DNA of 64,000 bases, from the NCBI RefSeq assembly GCF_009834535.1, contig NC_045729.1, positions 7,998,001-8,062,000 on the forward strand, written 5' to 3'. Below the pieces are notes generated by a model. The model was not told where the DNA came from and did no database searches. It saw only the letters and a program-made list of their open reading frames with translations. How positions within the stretch are numbered: the first letter of the stretch is position 1; every line of letters begins with the position of its first letter. This stretch comes from Camelus ferus. Taxonomy: Eukaryota. The translations under genes were made by a program, and so were the position numbers. Shown here one piece after another: positions 23,955 through 38,942 of this stretch.

Positions 23955-24900
23955 AAAGGCGGGGAAAAAGAGAAATTAATTTAAAATAACCAAATAGAAC
24001 TTCTAGAAAAGAAAAAAAATCCATTAACATTGTAAATCAACTGTACTTCTGTGGGGAGGGGTATATAGCTCATTGGGAGAGCACATGCTTGGTATGCACA
24101 AGGTCCTGGGTTCAATGGCCAGTACCTCCATTAAAAAGAAATAAGTAAGTAAATAAACAGAATAGCTCCCCACCCCCACACACAGAAAAACAAATTAAAA
24201 AATATATATACTTCAATTTTTAGAAGTCATTAAAAAGCCATCAAAATTAAAAATTCAATGGATAGATTAAATAGTAATTAAGCTTAAAGGATGAGAGACT
24301 TCTTTCCATTGGAAACAGATCTAGCATGTATCTAGAATGCAACACAGAACAAGCCGGTAGGAAACAAGAATACTGGAAAGTTGTGGAGGACAGAATTAGA
24401 AGGTCTGAAATCAGGGTCCCAGAGGGAAAAAAAGAGAATGAGGAGGATTCGAAGAGCCAAGAACTATTCTGAAAAAATTTGGACTCAGATGATTTCAAGA
24501 AGTAGCTAATCCTTATTTTATTTAAACTATTTCAATCCATAGACAAAGAATACGCATCAGTTCTTTTTACAAAGACTCATAACATTTATCCAAAATCAGG
24601 CAGAGATACCACGGGCAGATAATACAGACCAATCTCATTTATAAATATTTATGCAAAAATCCTACATAAATATTAGGAAAAATAATCCAGCAATTTTTTA
24701 AAATAATAATTTACCATGACCAACTGGAATTTATCACAGGAATGTAAAAATAATTCAATTTTTTTTAACCTAGTGACTTTATTTACTGTATTAACTGGCC
24801 AGGACGGGGGAAAGAAAAAGTCATTTTGGTATATGCTAAAAAGGCCTTTTATGTAATCCATCATCCATTATTGATTTGAAAAACACAGAAAAATAGAAAA
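23955..24900 (+). mobile_element. Old L1 ORF1/ORF2 fragments with nested younger insertions
   Basis: agaacttctagaaa...aaaattcaatggatagattaaatag is ORF1-like. tacagaccaatctcatttataaatatttatgcaaaaatcct is ORF2 RT-like. Confidence 0.65.
24051..24208 (+). mobile_element. tRNA-Ala-derived SINE, long-tail form, nested in a short L1 3' end
   Basis: Head plus tail with C-run. tacttc repeated at 24044-24049 and 24209-24214. Confidence 0.88.
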
Positions 24901-25149
24901 ACATACACAACCTTACAATGCTAACTAGGTAAATTATATATTCTGGAAGCATTTTCTCAAAATCCTTAAGAAAAATATGCCCTTAACCAGCACTATTATT
25001 TATTTACTCTTGATCCAAAAATACTAGCAAATGCAGGTTAAGAAAACATATGTTTTCATAATAAGTTAAGTAAATGTTAATTAAGGAAGTTGCATTAAAG
25101 TTATAATTATTTGAGAAAATATTATGTTTTAAGTGTCATTGGCCTGTGC

Positions 25150-25320
25150 TAAATTCTTCACGTACCCACCTCATTTAATCTATACAACTCTGAGAGGTAG
25201 ATGGTAGTATCTCCATTTCACAGAAGAGAAGTTGAGGTACGAAGTGATTGTGTTGTTCAAAGCCACCAGCCAAGGAAATGGCAGAACTGATCTTTCTGAC
25301 TCTAAAGCTAAAACTACGAA
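25150..25320 (-). mobile_element. MIR fragment
   Basis: catttaatctatacaactctgagaggtagatggtagtatctccatttcacagaagagaa. Confidence 0.65.
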
Positions 25321-26552
25321 TTGAAGCAAAAAGTATATTTTATGCAACTTACACAATTCCTCAACTAAAAAAAAAAGACTCAACAGAAAGGATAGCATTT
25401 TATTACCTGATTTATTCTAACAGTAAAGGAAGTAATTCGACATTTTAAATTAGCACCAGATATCAAATATTTAATTCTAATAGGAAACTGTTTAGAAAAC
25501 TGACCTCGTGAAAGCTTTTCTGGCACAGGTAATTTCTACCTAAGGGAAAATTCAGGTCATTTAAAAGCAGAAAAAAATCCTGGCAAATGATCATTGGGGT
25601 CAATGAGTCTGAATATGACTTTAAAAATTTCAACTTCTCTAATCCCTTATGCAGGAGGCATTTTTTGAAAGGTGGCAATAAGGAGCTCCCTACAGAGAGT
25701 TCTGGAAAATGTCAGGTTTCTCTTTCCAAGCACCGTATGAGTCACTGATTTATTCAAAACACAGTGACGTGAAAGCTTAGCCATGGATCAACACATTGTT
25801 GGGAACTGCTACTTCCCCAAGAGCTTCAGAGAAGCTTATGGCAAGACAGATCCCAGGCTCATGCGAACTTGCCTTTCTTTGGCATCAGAATATCAAGGCA
25901 TAATTTCAAGGGCTGGGAAAAAGGAACAGTGACAGCTACTATTCCTCATCTCTTGGAAGAGACCCTACCAGCTTTACTTAGCACTAGCATTTTGCACCCT
26001 ACTGGCAGAAAAGAATTACCACGGCTACTCTCTGCTTGATGGAAGGAACCACTTTTCTCTTGGAGACACTCTTATAGTAAACCAGACATGTTGATGTCCT
26101 GGGTCCTTATTTTATTACCAGTATCTTGGCTGGCTCCATTTCAGTCCCAAGTCTTGATTAAATTCAAGTGTTGAGGCGATGCCAGTACAAGTATTGGATG
26201 GTTAGCATTCTGAAGGTTGGTGAGATCTCAAAAATAATACTCAAGCCTATAAAACGGTATTCTCCTGTGTTTTCTGTTTTTGGTCTTAGATGCGGAAAAA
26301 TAGCTAAATAATAGTTATAGGAATCTGTGGGTCTATCCCTTCCCCTTTCCACTGCTATGCCCAGCTCTGAGATCTTTTTGACAATCACTAAACCCAAACC
26401 AGCCCTAATTATTAATATGAACTGACATTTAGAAGTACTTATAACAGGCCAGCCACCATCCTAAGCAATTTACGTGGATTGTGCCATCTTGTCCTCAGAA
26501 TGATTCTGAGTTTCTTAAACTTAAGAAGACAGGAGAGTCTCCAGGGAAATTT

Positions 26553-26666
26553 GGGGGGGGGGGATTTATTTTATATATTTATTTTTAGAGGAGGTACCAG
26601 GGATCGAACCCAGGACCTCTTGCATGCTAAGCTCTCACGTTCTACCACTTGGGTTATCCCCTCCCT
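26553..26666 (-). mobile_element. tRNA-Ala-derived SINE, minus strand
   Basis: gaggtaccagggatcgaacccaggacctcttgcatgctaagc is the reverse complement of the head. TSD cagggaaa(t/c)ttt. Confidence 0.88.
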
Positions 26667-27149
26667 ACTCAGGGAAACTTTTAAATGTGCTTTATTAGAA
26701 GCACTTATACCTTCTCATGAAAGATGTTTTAATTTGGGAGCCAAAGATACTCTATCTTATTCCATCCTTCCTCCATGAAAGCCTGAAGGGGCATCAGCGT
26801 TTCCCATGTAGCAGGACCACTGGATTAGCAATTATCCCTCTGAGATATTTTTCAGTGAAAAGAGTTTGGGATGAGGGATCAGATGTTTTGTGTTTGTTGT
26901 AGTGTTCTACCTGCTAGATATTTGATTTTAGATGTCATTGTGCTGTACTCTAATCGACTCGTGTCAGATGAGGAAAATAACCTAATTTTCACAGAGTTGC
27001 CCCCACGATTAGCTCAATGTTTTTCATCACCTGGAATACGCAGGCTCTCAGGCTTCATGCATCGGGTAAATGGAGACATGAGGAGATCAGTGAATGCATT
27101 TCCCACGTTTCTCATCTCATCTCCTGCTTTTCCTTGTTTGCATCTGATA

Positions 27150-27450
27150 CATTGATCTTCTCACTGTTCTTCAAACACATCAAGCTTTTATACTTGCTCT
27201 TGAGCTGCCTGGGCACTTGGATGATTCTTTTTTCAAATTCCACCTTCTTCAAGAGGCCTCCTCTGAACTCTATGCAAAATTGCCAATCCCTGGCCCCAGG
27301 TCATCTCAATCCTTATCCTGTTTTACTCTCTTTGCAAGTCTTAGCACCACTGGTAAGTATATAACGTATTCCTTGTCTACTTGTTTGCTAACAGCTTCCT
27401 CTCTAAGAACTGCACTGGAGCAGGAACTTTGACTTGTTTCCCTGGTTATA
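27150..27450 (+). mobile_element. L2 fragment
   Basis: ctcactgttcttcaaacacatcaagc...ccttcttcaagaggcctcctctgaac is L2-like. Confidence 0.55.
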
Positions 27451-30400
27451 ATAAGAAGGTAGTGATTGTTATGAACACCCCCTTCCTGACGCTCAGACTC
27501 ACACCTGTCAGCTGGCAGAAGTTCGAGGCGCTAACCATGCAAGCTGGATGGAGATCTTTCTCATTGACGGTTCTAATGGAGATCGGTGAGGCAACGGGGT
27601 GACATAATTTAAAGGAGAGTGAAGCTCTGTCCCTCATTTGTGCACATAAATAGATACATATCTCGAAAAGAAATGTTCTCTGAACTCATTGGAATGGATA
27701 AGTATGAACAGTTATACTATCATTCCCATTTCATGATAACTCCAAAAAAGTGAGTTTATAACATGCTGTTTTGATTATTAGTTTATGTAACAGTTTTATT
27801 AAGCTGATTCCAAACCAATATGTTCCAAAGTGGTTTATATGAGGACACTAATAAAGCAGCACACCAAGCAAACAGACCAACTGTTATTTGGGCTGCTAAC
27901 ATGAATTGTTTCCATTGTCATTTTGAAGACTCTCCAAATTCTTAAGTCTAATATGGCTCAGGAAAACCCAGAGTTTTAAATTCACAAGTCAAGTCAAAGG
28001 TGAGGTCATCAAATGCAAAGACTTCACCGTTTATCTCAAGAGAGCTTTCAAGGACTTCACGGATTTGTGTTTGATGATCGAAGCAGCAGACAAACAGGAA
28101 GAGTATCAGCCTTTCTTCACTTGTTTGAAGGCACCTGACAAACTTTGCTTCTTAAGAGAATGAGAATTGCAGAAACTTCTTTATCTGCAAATAAGATGCT
28201 TAAAGGGTCTAAAAGGACTCTAAAAGATGTTTACTTATAAGTGAACAGATATCCTTGAATTGCTTCTCAATCATTGCATCAATCTCTCCGGGACGTAACA
28301 TGAACAGATTCTTGCAGGATTCCTGAATAGTTAAGAAAATCATAAAATTTAAAGCTAGCTCTGTTCTAAACCTATTGTAGGTCTCCTCTAGGAGTAAAGC
28401 ACAAATTAGTCTTCATTCCTGAAAAAACAGTTAGGAAATTATAGAACAGAGAAGAAAACTCTCAGTGGACGGCAGCAAAATAGTGATTAAATAAGGAGAC
28501 CCGTCACATAAGCCTGAAGTAGCAAGTGCGTTCTTGAAGAAATTGATTTCCTTCACAAATTTCTCAGAGGTAAATTTAAATGTTCATTCTTTGGAACTTA
28601 ATATGAGAAGACGAGGAGTAAATGGCGAGGAACTAGAGATCAAGCAATAATAAATATTTATTGAGATGCTACTGTGTGTCCAGAAAGACCTTCAGGGATA
28701 CAGATACATCTCCATCAGGCTCAAAAGTTGTCAAGGGAAACAGAGCCAGCCAATGCCAAGTGTAACATCTAAGTAAGGTTAAGAACTACATGTCCTCATG
28801 CAGCTTTCATGCAGTGCAGAAAAACTACTTAAAGAAAAAAGACATAAAGAGTTGGTTTTAAAAAAAAAATCAGGAAAGGAACAGAAAGGGAAAAGAAAAA
28901 GCCTGTAATATTTTTATAGTACACCTTCTCCACCTTTTTTTCCCAAAGGGCTGCTATGTGTCTTTAGGTGTATTATTGCCAAAAATTTACTTATTAACTT
29001 CTTAAAATTAACTTTCATTATGTGTAGTCTTCATGCCCTTACTGTGAACTAATCAACTGAAAGTACTGACTACTAAAAAGTGAGGTGTAAAGTCTGTCAT
29101 TTCAAAAGAAGTCCAACCCTTGACTTGAAATCGCCCATTTAGAAGACTGTATCTCATTAGAAAAAAATTGAATCCTAAGAGTGTGTTATAGCAAAAAACT
29201 AGAATTTTCACAGGATTCGGATGTGGACTTGCTGCAAATCTTCCCATAATTCTCCTCAGTGGTCTACTTCTTACTTAATTTTCCTACTATTTCTCTGTCA
29301 TCACAATACATGTCACTGTCGCCTGTGACTTTATGCTTTCCCCATATTGGCCCTGTAGCATTCCTTTTGTATTTGTTTGTATATTGTCTACTGACATTGC
29401 CATTCTCCCCTGATCTCTTTCCTTCTCTAATTAACACAATAATTTCCAGCGTCCCCTTCTGCCAGTCACAGAGTTTTGGAGCCTGAAGGGACTCTACTTA
29501 GCAACGTAACCCTCAATGCCATCTTGGCCTCTTTTTCCTGATCAACCTCCTAAAGCAGGTGCTTGGTGTTGTCCAATCAAAATCCTTACCACTACTGCCT
29601 AACGACTGTCCAAACTCCTTTTCGTTAAGTCTGTCTATGTATATTTTTTTCAAGGCACCAACATGGTCTTCAGCCTTACCTTTCCAGTTCATTGATTCAA
29701 AAGTAGTCTTTGAGCCCCTCTGTATTGTAAGCTGTGCTACAGGCTTAAGATACAAAGATTAATCACAGCCCTGCCGTTTTACCGGTTGTTGGGATAGGTG
29801 CAAGGCGGTGGAACAAGTCCATGAATAACCCATTTTGTGTTCAGAGTGGTGGTGGCAGGGGCTGCCCACGAAGCACTGGACTCAGGCACCCAGTCCTGCT
29901 ATTTTGCTCACGTTGCGTCATCAACTCTGATTAAATTAGTTTGTTACTGAACCACGACCCACTCTTGTCAATCCTCCATCATTTTGTTCATGATCTTCCT
30001 TCTCAGTGGAGAAAAGCCTTTTCCTGGCTTTTCTGCAAACCCAAATACATCTGGTCTTTCAAAGACTAGATCAGATGCCAAATAATCCATGAAGCTTTCT
30101 TTCCTTATTCTTCCAGTCCTAATATCTATAATTTGAATTCCCATGGCACTTCGGTTGTGTTTCCTTTCCATTCTAATCACATCCTTCCTTGTATTAGTTT
30201 ATCAAAGTCGTGTCTCTTACTACACCTGCATCTTAAGAACAGCAGACTGTGACTATTTATGTATCCCTTCCCCAACTATGGTGTTCAGTGACTGTTCCCC
30301 CAGCTAAAACAATGGGGAATAGATTGCACACCAAACAGTTGTAAAATAATGAAATTAACTGTACAACTTGATTCCACCCCCCCATACTTGTAGTAAAACT

Positions 30401-30935
30401 ACTACATAAATTACTGTAAAAATTAACAACAGTGGAGGCGAGAGCTACCACGGACAGAACAGGATTCCCAGGCTTGAAGGGGTTAAGCAGATCAGTCCAC
30501 AAGGGAAAAAAACGATTCTTCATTTGCCTTCATTAAAGACTAATTTTAGGTCTCTTGGTAATTAAATGAACACATTGTTTATGCTCCATACACTTTCTGC
30601 CCCGAGTCTTGGAAAATACATGAAATTTCCAAGAATTAAAGTTTCCATTAACACAAGTGCCAAATCAGGAGGCTTGACCTGTGGGAGAAAGCATAGTTGT
30701 CTTTGCTGGCTCCTTTTCGAAAAGCTATAGAACTATATTTACTGCAGAAACTTTCTTGCGCGCAGTTGCTCTGTTTTATCATTTAGGCCATCTAGACAAG
30801 ACCGAGAAGCTGCAGCATTTCAGAAAGCAACCAATTACTGCAGAATGACGGGTTGAGTTCTAAAGTGTTGACAGCAGTCCCTGTTTGGAGTAAAATTTTT
30901 TATTGCAAGAGACTTCGAGTGGTTTTTCCTTCTAC

Positions 30936-30998
30936 TTTTTTTTTTTTTTTGGTCGTTGTTTTGTGTGTGTGTGGGTGTGTGTGTGTGATGTGTGTGTG
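30936..30998 (+). repeat. Poly-T plus interrupted (TG)n upstream of the KCNJ8 promoter
   Basis: Read directly from sequence. Confidence 0.85.
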
Positions 30999-31289
30999 TC
31001 TTTAATTCCCTGACAACCAGCTTTGCTGATGAAGAAATAGACGTAGCGGGTTTCAGAACATCTTCCACTTGTATCGTCCTTACCAGACGGAAATTTAATG
31101 TAAATAAGTGATGTGTGCCTGCCTGAACTCATAAGTGAGGCTGGACACCTCAAAAGACTATTTTCTGCTCTCTGTATCTGGTTTTATTCAATCTGAAGTA
31201 GCACAGTTATCTGCCCAGGTTTAAAAAAAAAAAAAACAAACTCTTTACGTCAGTGGACTTGGACACAGAAAGTTCTCCCTCCTGAGCAG

Positions 31290-31910
31290 GGAGCCTTTTA
31301 AAGACGTGCGTGTCACGCTGGCGGCAGGGGGTCGCAGCTACTGGGAAAAGAGCTAGTTCCGCAGGCCCCGCCCTCCCCCCACCGTCGCCCCTCCCTCTGG
31401 CTGGCTCCCTACCTCCCCCGGACTCGCCCTCCCTCTCGCCCTCCCGCCCCCAACTCAGCAATTTCGGCGGCCTCCGAGGTCTGGCGCGCGTCAAAGCCCG
31501 AACTGAGAGCCTGATTTGTGGAGCATCACCCCCAGCTCCTCTCCCCCACTGCCCCTCCTCCGCCCCAGGCAGAGGCCAAGGGATAGAGCTGAGCAGGGGG
31601 AGGGGAAGATCTACACCCATCCCCCTTCCTCCAAACTTCCCCGCGTTCAGATTCAATTGCACCTTTTATTATTTTAACTCTTCTCCCTCGGACACGCGGC
31701 CCCCGGCTCTGTCCCTCCGGCAGTCGCGGTCCCTGCTCCCGCGCGCCGAGATGGGACAGCGAGGGACCTGCCCGCGGCCGGCCAGCGTGTGCCGGGAGGT
31801 GAGGCCGCCGCGCCCGCTGCCCAGAGTCTGTAAGTTTCAGCGCTCCTCCCGGGGAGGGGAGGGGGAGCCTGTCGCGTCCCCGCAAATGATTTAAAATGCA
31901 AAACACGGGC
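31290..31910 (+). promoter_or_regulatory. KCNJ8: KCNJ8 CpG-island promoter region
   Basis: Abrupt GC- and CpG-rich segment with GC boxes in an otherwise CpG-depleted window, upstream of the first KCNJ8 coding exon. Confidence 0.85.
31690..31829 (+). other. KCNJ8: KCNJ8 non-coding exon 1 (5' boundary approximate), donor TCT|GTAAGT at 31830
   Basis: Perfect intronic GTAAGT at the 3' edge of the CpG island. The TSS cannot be determined from sequence. A second candidate donor GAG|GTGAGG lies at 31799. Confidence 0.6.
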
Positions 31911-32675
31911 GAGGTTTACAGCGTCGGATGGACTTTTCGGGGCACACTCTTTTAATGAACTCTAGCCGCAGCCCCACAGGCTGTTGTCCGGGTTTTTCCT
32001 GCAGCTTGTATCTTCGATCCCTTCGCTGTAAAGAAGTTTTCAAGTTATAATATTGAGTCCCGGTGGGAATTTTTTTTAAATGCAACTCGTACTTTTTTAA
32101 AATTTAAAATACTTCTTCGTAATTTTCAAGGTACATAGCACACCGCTAATGACAATTTTGTCGATTTACACCGAATATGTCATTTATACTGCGCAGGAGG
32201 CCACGGCCTTTTCTTTGCCTACTTCTAAAAATAACGGGAAAAGAATTTCCCCTCATTGCTTTTAATATTGCTGTATCACATGAATAGTAAATAGATCGTG
32301 ATACCCAGCTGGCCTTAATTTTCCTCCTAGACGCCGTGCGCGTGTATCCTTTGCACTAACGTACAGACGCTGCATTGAGCCTGCTGCTTACAGAAAGGCT
32401 CCTGTTTTGTTGTTTTGTTTTACCTAAAGCTATGCCCTTATGTGTTCAAAACGATAAGGAAAATTAAAACAGTTCTTATTCAGACCAAGTAATTTGCCCG
32501 GGACCCCTGAACTCAAGCACTAACTAGACTTGTGTTTAGTTTAATAAAATCATACCTTTAGCTTTGCACGTCACCTCGAATGTATAGACACACCCCTACA
32601 TGCGAGGACCGAAGAGGCCAGGAAATGGGTCAGGGGAGGGGGAGGGGGTTTTTAATCTTCATTTCTCTCCTGCAG

Positions 32676-33120
<445 letters not shown>

Positions 33121-35002
33121 TAAGGATGCTGTGGGATGAGGCAAGGGTGGAAAACAGCACAGAAAAAAAGATTAAACTGCCCTTTCTCTCTTCACTCTGT
33201 TATTTTGTTGCAAGGGAACTTAAGGTTTGCTGTACTACCTTCAGAAACAAACAAGTTAAAAAAAAAAAAAGAATCTAACGTGTTGACAGTCTTTTTAGAG
33301 TCAGCTTTACGGATGAGGAATCTTTGAAAATGTGGAGTTTCAAGCCCTTGAGCTGGCCTCGAAAATATTCCACCAGTTATTTTGAAATGGTTGTGGTTCA
33401 GTGAATTCCACAGAATGCCTTCTTAAGAAAACCCCACACATTTAGTTTTCAGTATGAAAAAGCTGCTGTCCATAGTTCCAGTGTCCACAAGGAAATATCT
33501 CTGATCAACAGAAAATACTGTGCAAATGCTAGTCATGTTTTTCCACAAATTCTCTTACCCATAACATTTTCAGAAATAATGAGAAAAATGGGAAAACACT
33601 GGTGGAGAGGTGTCCTAGATAAAAAAAACAAAACAAACAAAAAAAACACTACAAATGAAATAACTTAAATATAAGCCTTTCTTTGTCAAGATTATCTTAA
33701 ATAACTGATTGCTTGCATTGAATTCTAAAATTAAAAGTTATGCTAAGATTCAGAACTAGAAAAAAATAATTTTTAATGGATATTGGTCCAAATTTTCAAT
33801 GGAAGAGATTATGCAGAAGCAACTTCATGTTGTGGTTTTCTTTAAAAGTTTTAGTAGGATAGGAAGACAGTTTTTAGATTGCTCTAATTTTGGTTTTTTT
33901 CTCTTAGATCATAAATATTTCAACGATAAGTAAAATGAATTTTATTTCAGTGATTCTTTTCTATTTTCACATGGCCTAAGAATGTTTACTTCGGGTGAAT
34001 TTTCTCTTAATTTGTTTTGTTGGAAGATCAAAAGAGATCACTCATGTCAATTGCAAAAAATAGTCACTCTGAAGCGAAACATCAGTAATAATACTAGAAA
34101 GTTTTCCAGGACACTTTCTGAATAATATTCCAAATTCACATAGTGCGTAAAGCAAAGCAACTTGAACCAGCACCATTCTGCCAGGAAACTGTGAAGAATA
34201 AGACCTTTACTGACCTTCAAATCTTACGAGATTAGTTCCCACTGTAAGAAGTGGGAACCCAGGCTGTAAACTTGTCCATCCTTCTATTCCCTGAGTGGGT
34301 GCAGCGCCGGCATATGGGGCAAGGTGTGGGGGTGGGGGGGCAGGGAGAGGGCGGGGGTGCAGTATGTGTGTTCAGAGATCACATGCCACCAATTTCAGCT
34401 CAGATTTTGAGGAGAGAGAACAATATTGAACTGACCTATTGCCTTTACCACTGAGTTAGATATTATTTTCTTGTCTTCAGCTTGTCACAAATTTTTGCCT
34501 CAAAGAAAATATAGGCAAAATGTAGGTAATCATCAGTATGACAAATATAAAGGAAACAATTAAAATACTGTGTTTAACAGGTACATGTAGGTCAAATATA
34601 TCTATACTATTTCTCTTTAAGAAATTTATTGGCACTGATATTGGGGAACCATATTCCTCTCAAGGCACATTTTTAATACACATGAAGTAGACACTCTTCA
34701 AAAGAGATAAAAGAAACAAAAATGATAAACCTTGAAAGGTAAATGACAGATTTTATTCACAAGACAAGTATGTTGGTTTTTCTTGTGGAAATAAAAAGTC
34801 ATTAAGCAATTTATTAAAGATACATCATCAAAAGTGATATATTTTCAATGATTTTTTAAAGAGAAATTTAGAGTACACTGGTTATTAAAAGCTGTTTTAC
34901 TGCTCGCTCTTATTTTGCAACAAGATGTGTTCTGAAGTGTGTTCATTCTCCTGATTAATTCCTGCTGATGTGAACATCCAGTTTGCTATGAGAAATGGTA
35001 CT

Positions 35003-35160
35003 GGGGGTGAGGTGTAGCTCAGTGGTGGAGCACATGCTTAGCATGTGTGAGGTCCTGGATTCAATCCCCAGGACCTCTGATGGAAAAAAGCAAACTAATA
35101 ATAAATAAATAGACCTAATGACCCCCCCCAAGACAAATAAATAAATAAATTTTTTTAAAA
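35003..35160 (+). mobile_element. tRNA-Ala-derived SINE in KCNJ8 intron 2, sense orientation
   Basis: Head plus (AATA)n/C-run tail. TSD aaatggta on both sides. Confidence 0.9.
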
Positions 35161-37246
35161 AATGGTATCACAGAAACAATGAGACAAAGTTGATTTTGTC
35201 AGCCTAACAATTTTTAGCATTTTTAATTGCACTTTTTACCAAAAAAAAAATTATTATTTGACATCTTTTAAGGTTAAAAATCTTACTGGTCTTATTTTCC
35301 CATGAAGATACTATTTATACTTTCATGCAATGTACACACAGTTTCACCATAACAAACTATATATAATAAATACTTTTTTTGCCAAAAAAAATTGAAACAG
35401 AAAAATCTCTATTCTCTTCAAAGGGGATTTAAAAGATGACTATATAATATGTCTAATTCTTTGCATTTCCTTTCCTTTAGTAAGCTCAATGTCCCACCTT
35501 ATCATCAAAACTGAAAACAACTTATTGTAATGAACACTCTCCAGTGTGTCCAACTTACATTTTACATTCTCACTTTCCCTTTCCTGTGGATGACTTTCTA
35601 ACGTGAGTCACACAGTAAACCAACATATTTCTTCTTATTACTCAGCCTCACTTCCTCTGTAGCAGCACAAGTGAGCAGCTAAACACTTGAGGTTATTTAG
35701 CATGTCAGGTGTTCATAAAAGGCTGGGTCGGGCACCCTATAATGGTTAGAAGTAAGTTCTTTCATAAAATAAACAACATACAAAATATGGCACATGAATA
35801 GTCTTAAGTCATGAAAACTGTACATCTGGAGATGCTCGTTACACTGCTCCCTGAAGCGTGTATACATTATTAGAAATCAGTGTTGTGTCTATGCCCTTTC
35901 TCTGGGGTCTGTTCTTATTCTTTGCCATGTTTTTTGGATCATATGGTATGTCCTGTGTGTAACTAGTATAAAAAGCAATTGTTGTGATTTCCCATGAATC
36001 CTGCTTAGCAACAGAAGGGGTTTAAAAAAAAAAAAGCAATTTTCACACTCCATTTAAAAGCTAATTAAATCACGTGTGACATCAACTATCATTTAATTAA
36101 AAAAATTTTAAGATCCCTGATTATGAGCCCAAACAGAAAAAAAAGAATCATCTATGTGTGCTTGCGTCCCTCTTATGATGTCCCACCAAAGTGCAGTGTG
36201 TATACTCAGTATGCAGATGTTTAAACATTTTGCTCACTCACTGACAGATTATACTTTGACAGAGGGCATATCTTCTAATAAAATTAGAGAAGTTTGAAAT
36301 TGGGGTTGAGAGCAAACACAAGACTAAGACTGTTTCTATTAAGAAGACACAGCAAGGCGGGATATGTAGTCAAGTGGATAAATTAATGACAAGAATAACC
36401 CAGCGTGGTGCTTCTCAACCAGGGGGTTAAATCAGAATGATCAGGTCATCCGAATCAGACCAGGTCTACCTTGAGTCTATCAAATCCGTGTTTACACTGA
36501 GATCAGGAAGAGGAACACAGTTTGAAAAAGCTTCCCATGTAAACCCTGACACTTGTTTGCCGCTTCCCTGTGCCTCTTGTGGAGACCAGGCCAGAACTGA
36601 GAGGATCCAGGTTCTCCTTATGTGATCTTGACACTGTTCCTTACCAATCCCTACCTCAAATCCTTCCTTTCATAGTTTCAGGATTCTCTAGATCGTTTAC
36701 GGAGCAAAATGAGACCATCAATAAGAATACATTTTTCATCCCTAATGGTATACCATTCTTGTTTGTTAAAAAAAAATACTAATATTTTTGAATGATGTGT
36801 TTTGTCCCACGCTTTAGCTTTCTCTATAGAAGGTACACAATCAGTGTTCACTAATGAATATGACTTTAATGGTTGGAAATAATAAAAAGTTCACTCATTA
36901 CACAGTATGTTCCATATGACTCAAGTCACTTAAACACAGATATGCAATAAGTAATAAACATTGAGCTGGAAGATAGTTACCCAAAGTTAACTGTGCCTTT
37001 GTGGAAATCTTTCACAAAGTAAAATATGCCTATAAATATAAAGGTATCTGTGTTATTTTAATGCTTTCACATAACTAGGTCCTTCATGACATGATTTAGA
37101 ACATATTAGTAGACGTGTATCCCAGAAATCTGGAGGTAGATGCATGCAGAGAGAGAGAATAAACAAGTGCATAGAACTGGGCATCTGATAGTTAAGTTGG
37201 CTGGTCTTTCCAAAAGCATTGAATAGCCTTGGGAGGAAGAGAATGA

Positions 37247-38224
<978 letters not shown>

Positions 38225-38936
38225 CAGCAAGACCACCCCCAGGAAAGTCGAAGAGTCTTAGGCAGGGCACCGTCAGACTGCACCAAAGCTGGACCACAGT
38301 CGTGTGGTCTTCTTTATCTCCATGCACTAAATGATAGTCATATTCCAGCAGCAGCACTTTCTGTGTCAATAAACCATCACACACCAGGTGGAGGGTTCAT
38401 GGCTCACACTTGCTTCCTCCAGGCAGTACTGGCAGTCATAGGCTTAAGTTGTGTAAAGGAAATTCTCTCTCGTTTTCTTTCAATTTGAAACACAAGCATC
38501 ACATTAATAGTCGTAGACCTTGAATACAAAAGCTAGCCAAAGATCAGTGCTGTTTGAAATGCTTAGATCTCTCTGAATCTGGTGTTTGCTCTAGAAAATG
38601 TGGGACCCAAACTTGTGTTTCTCCTTTCTCTTGTTCTTTCTCTTCCTCTTTCTCTCTCTTTCTTACTGTACCAGGTAAGAAGCCTGAGGCCAAAACTGCT
38701 CAGTTCTAATCTACTTCTAAAAGGATTCTGTTCATTCACTTAGTTCTTCACAATGACTTCCAGAGGTTTCTTTGTCCTTCTCATGGCCACCTGTTGGCAG
38801 AACCAACTGGGCCAGGAGCTTTGGAGAAAAGCTAAGAACATTCCTGTCTCATTTAGGACTGGATTTCCCCAAACTGACAGCTATTCCTTTTGGCTTCTCC
38901 CTTCTTCTTAAGAGCCTCCACTGTATTGAATGTTGT

Positions 38937-38942
38937 ATTAAA
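38937..38942 (+). terminator. KCNJ8: Likely KCNJ8 poly(A) signal ATTAAA (alternative AATAAA at 38368-38373)
   Basis: ATTAAA about 710 nt after the stop, followed by U/GU-rich ctgttttctttgt. Confidence 0.5.

Noticed and set aside
31310-31894. 194-aa ORF and opposite-strand ORFs over the CpG island
   Set aside because: Low-complexity Pro/Arg/Ser/Gly products expected from stop-poor GC-rich DNA. Only the internal ATG at 31751 was kept, as a uORF candidate.
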